Virus record (IMG/VR): IMGVR_UViG_3300032245_000936
Coordinates: 1 to 64,000 of that record
DNA length: 64,000 bases
Reading direction: 5' to 3' (one strand)
DNA from: a virus
The notes under the pieces: model-generated
The model's input: the letters and a program-made list of their open reading frames with translations, nothing else
What the model was told of the DNA's origin: nothing
Database searches by the model: none
In this document: piece after piece, positions 9,831 through 18,393 of the stretch
Layout of the letters: each line of letters starts with the position of its first letter
Numbering within the stretch: position 1 is the stretch's first letter
Position numbers and translations under genes: made by a program

Positions 9831-10529
9831 ATGTTTGGTACAAGTTATACAGGAAACGATGTTTTAAATTATCGCTCGGCTGAGGAAATCAACAGTGCAA
9901 TGGGTCGTGTTTACGGACACATGAGCCTGGCTGTGGTAGTTTCCATGATTGTGAGTTACTTGGTGGGTACTAGCCCTGAGTTACTACAATTCTTTTTCAC
10001 GGGTGCGTTGAAGTGGGTTGTGATCTTTGCACCACTGGTAGCAATCTTTGGCATTAGCTACGTGCTAGGTAATAATCCCAGCAAAGGTCTAGCACAGTTA
10101 TGTCTACATGGATTTGCGGCACTCATGGGTTTGAGCTTTGCCACAATCTTTGCTGTGTTTACCATGGGCAGTATTGTTAGTGCTTTTATGGGTGCAGCAA
10201 TCTTGTTTGGTGTTATGAGTGGCTATGGTTACTTTACTAAACGTAGCCTAGACAGTCTGGGCAAGTTCATGTTTGTGGGATTGATTGCTATTATCATTGC
10301 CAGTATTGTTAATATCTTTATTGGCTCAACTGTGATGCAAATGGTAATCTCTGCTCTGGCAATCATTATCTTCTTGGGACTCACTGCGTATGACACACAG
10401 CAAATCCGTGAAGAACTAACCATGAACACAGAGCCAGCTACCGAAGTTCGTGGCGCACTAACCCTGTACATGGATTTCATCAATCTGTTCATCAATCTAT
10501 TGCAGTTGTTTGGCGGCAGAAAAGACTAA
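9831..10529 (+). CDS. Bax inhibitor-1/YccA family membrane protein
   Basis: About 7 TM; TAYDTQ and GALTLYMDFINLF motifs. Confidence 0.92.
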   Translation: MFGTSYTGNDVLNYRSAEEINSAMGRVYGHMSLAVVVSMIVSYLVGTSPELLQFFFTGALKWVVIFAPLVAIFGISYVLGNNPSKGLAQLCLHGFAALMGLSFATIFAVFTMGSIVSAFMGAAILFGVMSGYGYFTKRSLDSLGKFMFVGLIAIIIASIVNIFIGSTVMQMVISALAIIIFLGLTAYDTQQIREELTMNTEPATEVRGALTLYMDFINLFINLLQLFGGRKD

Positions 10530-10530
10530 T

Positions 10531-10755
10531 GTGTCTTATGAACTATGGAGTACTATCCTAAAGGACGCTGTTCCTTTTAGGATGGACGACAATACCATCA
10601 ACGACATATACTGGCAGGCCGCCACTGCATATGGCTCCGGAAACACTCTCTGGTCACAGATAGGTCCGGAGCCAGTTAATTTGACAAAATTGTTTGAACA
10701 GTATAGAATGTTGGTAGCACTACAAAGGAATAATCATGACGAAGAAACAAACTGA
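10531..10755 (+). CDS. Hypothetical protein
   Basis: Fills the gap between genes; GTG start assumed. Confidence 0.5.
   Translation: MSYELWSTILKDAVPFRMDDNTINDIYWQAATAYGSGNTLWSQIGPEPVNLTKLFEQYRMLVALQRNNHDEETN
10681..10709 (+). promoter_or_regulatory. Sigma70-type promoter inside the upstream ORF
   Basis: TTGACA-17bp-TAGAAT ahead of AAGGA RBS and ATG 10736. Confidence 0.6.
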
Positions 10756-11662
10756 AGCAGAAAAAATTGCAGAACAAGAACAACTAATTGAGCTACTCAA
10801 GTTCACACCACGCACATACAAAATCTGTATGTGGGGCTATGGCGGCGAAAAAGTCATGGGCACAGTGGATCGTAAGATCTATGATTACTTCAAGCAACGT
10901 AGACTGGATCTAAGTGACTTTGCATGGGACAGTGACTACGCAGAAGAAAACAACATTCCAGAAGACATGTGGCCATTCCCGCCAGGCTCATGGTACGAAT
11001 GTGATAATATGGGCCATGCACATGGTGTTAGCCGCAATGCAGGCACACTACAGATCAATGACGAAAACGGTGATACTGTTTACGAACGCAGTCTAGAAGA
11101 TATTACAGGCAGTGGCGAAAACGAACCCGAATGGTCATGTGGTGACGAAGTGTTTATTGGCGAAAAGCCTGATGGCACAGTGGTGTTCATTGGTAACTCA
11201 AATGAAAAAGGCACATTCTTCGAATCCGACATAGAACTCAAAGCACCGTTTGACATCACCAAGCTCACACTGGGCTACGACGAAATTGATGGTGAAGAAA
11301 TGGTCAATTCTGTTGAGTACGATGGTGAAACTATTGACAACTGGGGCGGCAATACAGACGGCAAGAGTTCAGACTTTGGCATGTACATTGCCGGCTCAAC
11401 CAAGCACAATGATGGCAAGTGGGAAAAGTACACCAACATGGATGACATTGTGTATGAAATGACTGAGTGGTTCCCCAAGAAGATTGCACCAGCATACCCT
11501 GGTGTGTACAATATTAAAACTGCCGGCAAGAATGCTTGGACACACCAAGCCAAATGGACTGGTAATCGTTGGATCAGTTCATGGGGCGAAGATGTTCCAG
11601 AGACTGAGGAAGTCAAAGTCAAAGAGTGGCAAGGACTTGCACAGGATCCAGACAATGAATAA
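10736..11662 (+). CDS. Acidic hypothetical protein
   Basis: 308 aa ORF with RBS. Confidence 0.8.
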   Translation: MTKKQTEAEKIAEQEQLIELLKFTPRTYKICMWGYGGEKVMGTVDRKIYDYFKQRRLDLSDFAWDSDYAEENNIPEDMWPFPPGSWYECDNMGHAHGVSRNAGTLQINDENGDTVYERSLEDITGSGENEPEWSCGDEVFIGEKPDGTVVFIGNSNEKGTFFESDIELKAPFDITKLTLGYDEIDGEEMVNSVEYDGETIDNWGGNTDGKSSDFGMYIAGSTKHNDGKWEKYTNMDDIVYEMTEWFPKKIAPAYPGVYNIKTAGKNAWTHQAKWTGNRWISSWGEDVPETEEVKVKEWQGLAQDPDNE

Positions 11663-12638
11663 AATACTTGTAACAGGAGCATGTGGTTATATTGGTAGTC
11701 ACGTTTGCAAAACACTCAAAGACGGTGGCTATCAAGTTGTGGGTTTGGATCGTGTAAAACGCGAACATACTTTGATACACATGAACTATTTTGTGCAAGG
11801 TGATTATCATAGCGAAATTGCTCTACAGGCATTAGAAACTCATCGACCGCAAGCAGTAATACACTTGGCAGGCACAAGCCTAGTGGGTCCTAGCATGGAA
11901 GATCCTGCTGAATATTATACCAACAATGTGGCCAAGACCGCGGCTTTCTTAAATGCACTACGTTTGCAAGAGCAGCCACCCGTGGTTGTGTTTTCTAGCA
12001 GTGCCGCTGTGTATGGCGCACCTGAGGTAGATTTAATTGGCGAAGAACAACCATTCAATCCGCTGAGTCCATATGGACAAAGCAAAGCAATGATTGAAAT
12101 CATGCTAGCAGACTATCATCGAGCATATGGTATGTCTGCTATGAACCTGCGTTATTTCAATGCCTGTGGTGCAGACGAGTCTGGAACACTAGGACAAGAA
12201 CCAGGTGCTACACATATCATTGCTCGCTTGTTAGAGAGTGTGCGTGATAAAACCACATTTACACTATATGGCAAAGACTATGCAACACCAGATGGTACTT
12301 GTGTTCGCGACTATGTGCATGTATCAGATCTAGCAGAAGCTCATATGTTGGCCATGCAGTATCTGTTTGCGTTTGAAGGCTGCTTCACGCTGAATCTAGG
12401 CAGTGGTCGAGGACACAGCAATGCAGAGATCATGCAAACAGTAGGACAACTGATTGGCGTGCCAGACATCGAACATGGTGAACGCAGAGTAGGTGATCCG
12501 GATCGTTTGGTTGCCAACAATTTCCTAGCCGGCGTTACACTAGGTTGGCGCCCTGAGCACGATTTAGAATCAATTGTCAACAGTGCGTGGAAGTGGTATA
12601 ATAACCCATCACATACCATTGACAATTCGTCTAAATAA
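11655..12638 (+). CDS. galE: UDP-glucose 4-epimerase
   Basis: TGACGYIGSH, FSSSAAVYG, YGQSK, LRYFNACGA, DGTCVRDYVHV. Confidence 0.92.
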   Translation: MNKILVTGACGYIGSHVCKTLKDGGYQVVGLDRVKREHTLIHMNYFVQGDYHSEIALQALETHRPQAVIHLAGTSLVGPSMEDPAEYYTNNVAKTAAFLNALRLQEQPPVVVFSSSAAVYGAPEVDLIGEEQPFNPLSPYGQSKAMIEIMLADYHRAYGMSAMNLRYFNACGADESGTLGQEPGATHIIARLLESVRDKTTFTLYGKDYATPDGTCVRDYVHVSDLAEAHMLAMQYLFAFEGCFTLNLGSGRGHSNAEIMQTVGQLIGVPDIEHGERRVGDPDRLVANNFLAGVTLGWRPEHDLESIVNSAWKWYNNPSHTIDNSSK

Positions 12639-12647
12639 ATCTACAAT
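12619..12647 (+). promoter_or_regulatory. Composite promoter upstream of folE
   Basis: TTGACA-17bp-TACAAT with TAAATA at 12632-12637. Confidence 0.7.
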
Positions 12648-12687
12648 ACAAACAAAGTCATCCACGACTACTAACTCGGAGAATAAA

Positions 12688-13461
12688 TTGGTTTATAACA
12701 AAGTATACGTCAGTCATGACAATAACGATGAAACAGCACTAGACGCCATGGCAGGTGACGGTGGCTATAAAGAAGCATATCTAGGCGATACTATTCGCTT
12801 CAAAATGAAACGTGATAACAAACGCTTCTGGGCTGGTGATAACATCAGTGAGTATGTAACGGAGCAAGACAAAGATCGACTAATCGACGAAGCCGCAGAA
12901 GCTTTTGAAACAGTCCTTGATCGTTTGCTAATTGATCGTGAAAACGATCCTAATTCAAAAGGTACAGCTAGACGTTTAGCCAAGATGTACTTTAATGAGA
13001 TAATGGCAGGAAGATATGAACCAGGACCTGATGCAACAGCATTTCCAAACGATAGTCAAGATAGATATGAAGGCATGCTTGTCGTGCGTAGCGAACTACG
13101 TAGTATGTGTAGTCACCACCATCAGCCTGTTACAGGCGTTGCTTATATTGGCATCATCGCCGCAAATAAACTTATTGGACTCTCCAAATACACCCGTATC
13201 GCTCAGTGGTGTGCTCGACGTGGAACGCTTCAAGAAGAGCTTTGCAACGATATTGCCAGAGAAATCAGTAAAGCAACAGATTCTAGAGATGTAGCAGTAT
13301 ATGTACAAGCAGTGCATGGATGTTGTGAGAATCGCGGCATTATGGCGCATAGCAGTCTAACACAGACAACTGTGCTAACAGGTGCTTTCAAAGAAGACGC
13401 AAGTGTCAAGAAAGAATTCTTTGACAACATCAAACTACAACAGGAGTTTGCCCCAAGATGA
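12688..13461 (+). CDS. folE: GTP cyclohydrolase I
   Basis: SMCSHH, IGLSKYTR, LQEEL, HGCCENRG; TTG start after GGAG. Confidence 0.95.
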   Translation: MVYNKVYVSHDNNDETALDAMAGDGGYKEAYLGDTIRFKMKRDNKRFWAGDNISEYVTEQDKDRLIDEAAEAFETVLDRLLIDRENDPNSKGTARRLAKMYFNEIMAGRYEPGPDATAFPNDSQDRYEGMLVVRSELRSMCSHHHQPVTGVAYIGIIAANKLIGLSKYTRIAQWCARRGTLQEELCNDIAREISKATDSRDVAVYVQAVHGCCENRGIMAHSSLTQTTVLTGAFKEDASVKKEFFDNIKLQQEFAPR

Positions 13462-13658
13462 ACATAGATATACAACCTAAAGATACCAGTCGTGGACACT
13501 TTTATGTTAGCCTTGGAAAAAGTTTTTTACGTATCATTGCAGGTATTACACTAGCACTAGCAGGGCTTGATCCAGATGTTATGACAGCATGGCTTAAATG
13601 CGCCGGGGCCTTCTTTATTGCCGCTGAAGTACTGGGCATTGTAGAGGAAATAGTATGA
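13458..13658 (+). CDS. Small 2-TM membrane protein
   Basis: ATGA-coupled, hydrophobic. Confidence 0.65.
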   Translation: MNIDIQPKDTSRGHFYVSLGKSFLRIIAGITLALAGLDPDVMTAWLKCAGAFFIAAEVLGIVEEIV

Positions 13659-13870
13659 GTGATGACTACATAGGTGGGCAACCTCGCGAGTACGTGCGTA
13701 TGCGTATGGAACAACTCATGAAACCTATCGAACAGCAGATTCAAATGACAGACGACCGTTCCGAACTGCTTATGTTAGCCAGTGCAATGCTTGTTGCCTG
13801 CAAAGATATATTTGACAGTGAAATTGGCGAAGCAGGTCGCAATAAAATGTTTAAGGAGTTTACAGAATGA
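13655..13870 (+). CDS. Hypothetical protein
   Basis: ATGA-coupled. Confidence 0.65.
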   Translation: MSDDYIGGQPREYVRMRMEQLMKPIEQQIQMTDDRSELLMLASAMLVACKDIFDSEIGEAGRNKMFKEFTE

Positions 13871-14130
13871 ACCCAAGTTTAACAGCGGCCGTAATGGCCA
13901 ATGAGCTTATTGAAAAAGCTCGCACAATGCAGACGTTTCAGATCACACGTCAACTAGATGATGCTGATGTTATTTTCAGCGCAGGTGTTGTGCCATTTGA
14001 TCTTAAAATGAATCGCGAAGGTCGACTCACTGCCACAGTACATGCTATGTCACTGGCTGATGCAGAACAACAAGTTGACTCATGGATTCAACACCTAGAA
14101 CAAGGAGAAGACGATGACTGGAATGCGTGA
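13867..14130 (+). CDS. Hypothetical protein
   Basis: AAGGAG RBS, coupled. Confidence 0.65.
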   Translation: MNPSLTAAVMANELIEKARTMQTFQITRQLDDADVIFSAGVVPFDLKMNREGRLTATVHAMSLADAEQQVDSWIQHLEQGEDDDWNA

Positions 14131-14671
14131 AAAAGATTCTGCAGACTTTGATCTAGAAGCATTTATCGACTTGTTTGATGAAGCACTTACTAGTGATGAT
14201 CCTAGTGTACAAAAGACACTACAGCACTTAATGGTTATTGCGGCTCTAGCTCGCAATCATGCCAAACACGATCAACGCAATGGTCCTTTGCGTCGACTAT
14301 TTGATGATCAACGAAATATCATTCGGAGGTTGGAAAGACTTGAGACGGGACCCGGGCAGTACCCTGGAGGCGGATATAATCCGGGCACGCCTTATGGCCC
14401 AGTTATCATGCCGCAACCTTACCGTCCTACTACACCTGTCCCCGGAACAGGCACTGGCGGCTGGCCCGGACCTGGACCAAATCAAATCTGGTGCGGTACC
14501 AGTACTTCAGCAACCAGTGTAACAATACCAAATTCTGGTGCTGTTGCAAAAAGCACCACAAGTTATGCGTATGACCCAAGTCCTGCGTCCGAAATGATTG
14601 CAGAGAGAGTAGAAGATCTGTTAAAATCTAACAAGTACAAAGGCTCAACCATTAAACCTCAGGAATGCTAA
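14114..14671 (+). CDS. Hypothetical protein with Pro/Gly/Thr-rich low-complexity half
   Basis: AAGGAG RBS; helical N-terminus followed by GPGQYPGGGYNPG-type region. Confidence 0.7.
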   Translation: MTGMREKDSADFDLEAFIDLFDEALTSDDPSVQKTLQHLMVIAALARNHAKHDQRNGPLRRLFDDQRNIIRRLERLETGPGQYPGGGYNPGTPYGPVIMPQPYRPTTPVPGTGTGGWPGPGPNQIWCGTSTSATSVTIPNSGAVAKSTTSYAYDPSPASEMIAERVEDLLKSNKYKGSTIKPQEC

Positions 14672-14680
14672 GGGTAACTC

Positions 14681-15154
14681 ATGCTACTTAAACTTCTAGA
14701 TCAACTTGGACGTAAACGTATCATCAATGATCGAATCAACAACGAGCCATATCTGGAACGGTATTATCTGTTTCTCAAAGAACGAGAGCGATTCCCGTTC
14801 AATGTTTTCCTACACAAGTTTTTAAAAGGTGATCCAGACGATGTTCATGATCATCCATGGCCTTATGCAACACTTATCTTGAAAGGTGGCTACTATGAAT
14901 GGGTTCCAGTTTTTAATACAATTGGCGAAAAAATCAACGAGATTCGTTACTGGCGTGGGCCCGGACACTTTCGCACTTGCAGTGCTGGCAGTTATCATCG
15001 CATCGAACTGGATCCTGGCGTAACTTGCTGGACCTTGTTCATGCCAGGTCCACACACTCGAGAATGGGGTTTCTTGACAGGTAAGAATCCAAAAACAGAT
15101 TGGGAACACAATGAAGATTATCTCACCCGGCGTAGTGGCGCTAAGGCCGTTTAA
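14681..15154 (+). CDS. Cupin-fold protein
   Basis: HDHPW...ILKGGYYE and HRIEL metal-binding pattern. Confidence 0.7.
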   Translation: MLLKLLDQLGRKRIINDRINNEPYLERYYLFLKERERFPFNVFLHKFLKGDPDDVHDHPWPYATLILKGGYYEWVPVFNTIGEKINEIRYWRGPGHFRTCSAGSYHRIELDPGVTCWTLFMPGPHTREWGFLTGKNPKTDWEHNEDYLTRRSGAKAV

Positions 15155-15452
15155 GGTTACTTGTCATGAGCTTACACAAGAGATGGTTGACTGGTGGATT
15201 ATGATGGGTGCGGAAGCGCAAGAGATATCCGATACATTTCATAGTCGCAAAGGTCCAGTCACTGCCAAACACTATCGTATTCGCATGCCAGGACTAGGTA
15301 GTAAATGGAGTCATTTGTTCAACGATGGTAGCGGAATTTATCTACTACACTTACTTGAGCAGTATGCGCCAGAAGCAAGTTTGTTTATTCTTAAATGGCC
15401 AGATAATATTATCAATCATGATATCAAAATACTTGAACCTCAACTTAACTAA
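15111..15452 (+). CDS. Hypothetical protein
   Basis: ORF in the gene chain; start uncertain. Confidence 0.55.
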   Translation: MKIISPGVVALRPFKVTCHELTQEMVDWWIMMGAEAQEISDTFHSRKGPVTAKHYRIRMPGLGSKWSHLFNDGSGIYLLHLLEQYAPEASLFILKWPDNIINHDIKILEPQLN

Positions 15453-15461
15453 GGAACCAAC

Positions 15462-16022
15462 ATGAAATTGATTCACAGTGACAAACACTTAAGATCATGG
15501 GTACAAAAAATTATTCGAGACATGTCTAAAGATGATTGGCGTCCTGACTATGTGGTAGGTATCACACGTGGCGGACTTGTGCCTGCTACCATGCTGAGCC
15601 ACTATCTTGATGTGCCCATGCACACACTAAACATCAGTTTCCGCGATGCTGATGTTGGACCTGAAAGCAATCTTTGGATGGCCGAAGATGCGTTTGGTTA
15701 TGTGCCATACGAAGGCACTCAGTTACCAGCACCCCCGGATCGTGAGGTAACTGATCCTGCACTACGCAAAAAGATTCTAATTGTAGACGACATCAATGAT
15801 TCAGGTCGCACACTAAACTGGATCAAAGAAGATTGGCCCAGCGGTTGCTTGCCTAGTGCGCCGGCCTGGCAAGCAATTTGGCACGATAGTGTGCGCTTTG
15901 CTGTAATGGTAGATAATTTGAGCAGTGGATTTCAAGATGTAGACTACTGTGGTACAGAAATTAACAAAGAGGAAACACCATGTTGGGTTGTGTTTCCTTG
16001 GGAAAATTGGTGGGAGAACTAA
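15462..16022 (+). CDS. Purine phosphoribosyltransferase (Gpt-like)
   Basis: VVGITRGGLVPA, PRPP loop ILIVDDINDSGRTL, WVVFPWE. Confidence 0.88.
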   Translation: MKLIHSDKHLRSWVQKIIRDMSKDDWRPDYVVGITRGGLVPATMLSHYLDVPMHTLNISFRDADVGPESNLWMAEDAFGYVPYEGTQLPAPPDREVTDPALRKKILIVDDINDSGRTLNWIKEDWPSGCLPSAPAWQAIWHDSVRFAVMVDNLSSGFQDVDYCGTEINKEETPCWVVFPWENWWEN

Positions 16023-16023
16023 G

Positions 16024-16515
16024 ATGTTAAACGGTAAAAAAGTTGGCTTCACAGCCTCAACATTTGATTTGCTACACGCAGGACACATTGCCATGCTTCG
16101 CGAAGCAAAAGAACAATGCGAGTATTTGATCTGTGCTCTGCAGAACGATCCTACACTAGATCGTCCTCAAAAGAATCGTCCCGTGCAAAGCATTGTAGAA
16201 CGTCAACTGCAACTGGTAGGTTGCAAATATGTAGATGAAGTTTGGGTCTACAACACAGAAAAAGATCTTGAAGACTTGCTTCTAGTACTGCCAATTGACG
16301 TGCGTATCTTGGGTGTTGAATATGAAGGCAAAGAATTTACAGGTCGTGAGATTTGCCACAAGCGAGACATTGACTTGTTCTTCAATGGACGTGACCATAG
16401 TTTTAGTTCCAGTGAACTGCGCCAGCGTGTGGCTAGTGCTGAAGATTTAAAGAAAAAGATTGAATTGTTTTCACCAGTGGGTGCAGATGATACAGGTGGT
16501 CCTAGCCCACGATAA
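16024..16515 (+). CDS. Cytidylyltransferase (TagD-like)
   Basis: FDLLHAGH (HxGH), YVDEV, HSFSSSELR. Confidence 0.88.
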   Translation: MLNGKKVGFTASTFDLLHAGHIAMLREAKEQCEYLICALQNDPTLDRPQKNRPVQSIVERQLQLVGCKYVDEVWVYNTEKDLEDLLLVLPIDVRILGVEYEGKEFTGREICHKRDIDLFFNGRDHSFSSSELRQRVASAEDLKKKIELFSPVGADDTGGPSPR

Positions 16516-16601
16516 ATATTTCCCCAAGCGGCCTTTTCGGCATTCATCCCGCTATACAAATTCTGCAAGCCTATGCTATAATTTAACATAGGAGAATAAT
16601 C
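16513..16601 (+). promoter_or_regulatory. Structured queD leader with two promoters and an SD-sequestering hairpin
   Basis: TAAATA 16513; AGCGG/CCGCT stem 16527-16553; CCTATG(16570-75)/CATAGG(16587-92) covering the SD; extended -10 TGCTATAAT at 16574-16582. Confidence 0.6.
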
Positions 16602-17105
16602 ATGGCAAGAAGATTTAGTACAAAAACTTACGGTAATGACAGAGGCTTTAGTTGCTGTTTTAGACAGCACAAGGCCACACACTCACATTGCTCAACCATC
16701 CATGGATATAGTCTAGGATTCCGCTTTGTGTTTGAAGCAGATGAACTGGATGAAAACAACTGGGTACAAGATTTTGGTGGCCTTAAAGAAGTCAAAGCAT
16801 GGCTAGACAGCATGTTTGATCATACCTTTGTTGTGGCAGAGGATGACCCTCACTTGGATTTCTTCAAGCAGATGAATGATATCAAAGGCGGCTATAACGA
16901 CAACGGTGTTTGTGATCTACGTATTGTTGCCGGTGTTGGTTGCGAAATGTTTGCACAAATGGTCTATGAGCACGTGAGTGAATGGCTGCGTGATCTACCA
17001 AACAACAAATATAAAAACATGCTAGGCGACGAGTACCCTCGTGTAAAACTGGTAAGTGCAGAAGTATTTGAACACGCAGGCAACTCCGCAATCTACGAAG
17101 GATAA
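16602..17105 (+). CDS. queD: 6-carboxy-5,6,7,8-tetrahydropterin synthase
   Basis: HCSTIHGY, WVQDFG, FDH, GCEMFA, EHAGNSA. Confidence 0.9.
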   Translation: MARRFSTKTYGNDRGFSCCFRQHKATHSHCSTIHGYSLGFRFVFEADELDENNWVQDFGGLKEVKAWLDSMFDHTFVVAEDDPHLDFFKQMNDIKGGYNDNGVCDLRIVAGVGCEMFAQMVYEHVSEWLRDLPNNKYKNMLGDEYPRVKLVSAEVFEHAGNSAIYEG

Positions 17106-17107
17106 TC

Positions 17108-17527
17108 ATGATTGAAAAGATCTTTGAAGGCCCAGATCACATTGAAGACAGTGCCGCACCATGGACAGATACCAAGCGTGACGACTTTCATGTGACTGTG
17201 TTTTATGATCGCTATCCGTGTACAGAAGGACACTTGTTGTTTGTACCCAAACACAACACACTGTCAATACTGTCAGGCGCATTTGAAGATGCTGTTCGTG
17301 AAGGAAAAAAACTAATTGAAGAAGGCAAATGTGAAGGTTTCAATATTGGACTTAATTACGGCGAAGTTGCAGGTCAAACTGTGCCGTGGCCTCATGTACA
17401 TCTTATTCCCCGTCGCAAGGGTGACGTCCCGGATCCGGTGGGCGGTGTACGACATACAATTCCGGGCCGTGGCAACTATAGAACGGCACCGGCAGGAACA
17501 TGGCCTTGGCTGGACGAAGAACAATGA
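17108..17527 (+). CDS. HIT family nucleotide hydrolase
   Basis: GHLLFVP, AGQTVPWPHVHLIPR (first triad His replaced by Trp). Confidence 0.85.
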   Translation: MIEKIFEGPDHIEDSAAPWTDTKRDDFHVTVFYDRYPCTEGHLLFVPKHNTLSILSGAFEDAVREGKKLIEEGKCEGFNIGLNYGEVAGQTVPWPHVHLIPRRKGDVPDPVGGVRHTIPGRGNYRTAPAGTWPWLDEEQ

Positions 17528-18393
17528 TCATAGTAACCGGTGACCGTGGCTTCATTGGAAGCGAACTAAAGCAGTATCTTGTGGATCGCGGCCACAAGGT
17601 GTATAGCATGGACTGGGCGGATCGTGGACGCACCTGGACTGCTGAAGAACCCATTGAGTGGATCTTTCACATGGGTGCAATTAGCGAAACCAATGTTACT
17701 AACTGGGAGGATCTAGTTAGAAAAAACGTTGACGATACCAAGGCCTGGATTGAATTTGCACAAGCTCACAACTGCGGTATTACCTATGCGTCAAGTGCCA
17801 GTATATATGGTCCTTGGAGTGGTAGTCCAGAGTGGGGTCCATTCCAGCCACAACACTACTACGGTGTGAGTAAGATCACAATTGACATGTGGTGTGCCGA
17901 ACAGAAATTCTCTGTACCAGTGCAAGGCATGCGTTTCTTCAATGTGTATGGACGCAACGAAGGACACAAACGCCAGCCTAGTCCTATTCGCCGTTACATG
18001 GAACAAGGCATCACACAACGTAAACTAACAGTATGGCATCACAATGGCCGCTTAGGATCACGTGACTTTATTGCAGTGGATGACTGTATTGATGCTATGA
18101 TGAAACTCAAAGATTCACAAGCATCTGGCGTATTCAATATAGGCACTGGCGTTCAACTTACATTTGAAGATATTGCAAGATTCATGCAAAAGCATTTTGG
18201 CATTGCAAACTGTCAGATTCTGGTTACTCCTATGCCAGAAGAAATGGTCAAGACTTATCAGTGGGAAAGCTCTGCAAACCTAAATAAACTAAAGTCAGTT
18301 ATCTCAGACTGGAATCCACAGACGGTTGAGCAATGGCTAGACAAAAACTTTTTAGATCTATACAATAAAGTAAACAAGGAAATCTTACAATGA
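17524..18393 (+). CDS. NAD-dependent epimerase, HldD/RfaD-like
   Basis: IIVTGDRGFIGS, FHMGAIS, YASSASIYG, YGVSK, RFFNVYG, SRDFI. Confidence 0.8.
   Translation: MIIVTGDRGFIGSELKQYLVDRGHKVYSMDWADRGRTWTAEEPIEWIFHMGAISETNVTNWEDLVRKNVDDTKAWIEFAQAHNCGITYASSASIYGPWSGSPEWGPFQPQHYYGVSKITIDMWCAEQKFSVPVQGMRFFNVYGRNEGHKRQPSPIRRYMEQGITQRKLTVWHHNGRLGSRDFIAVDDCIDAMMKLKDSQASGVFNIGTGVQLTFEDIARFMQKHFGIANCQILVTPMPEEMVKTYQWESSANLNKLKSVISDWNPQTVEQWLDKNFLDLYNKVNKEILQ

Noticed and set aside
16520-16600. Known preQ1 or THF riboswitch upstream of queD
   Set aside because: I could not match the consensus of any class I recall; kept only as an unclassified structured leader.
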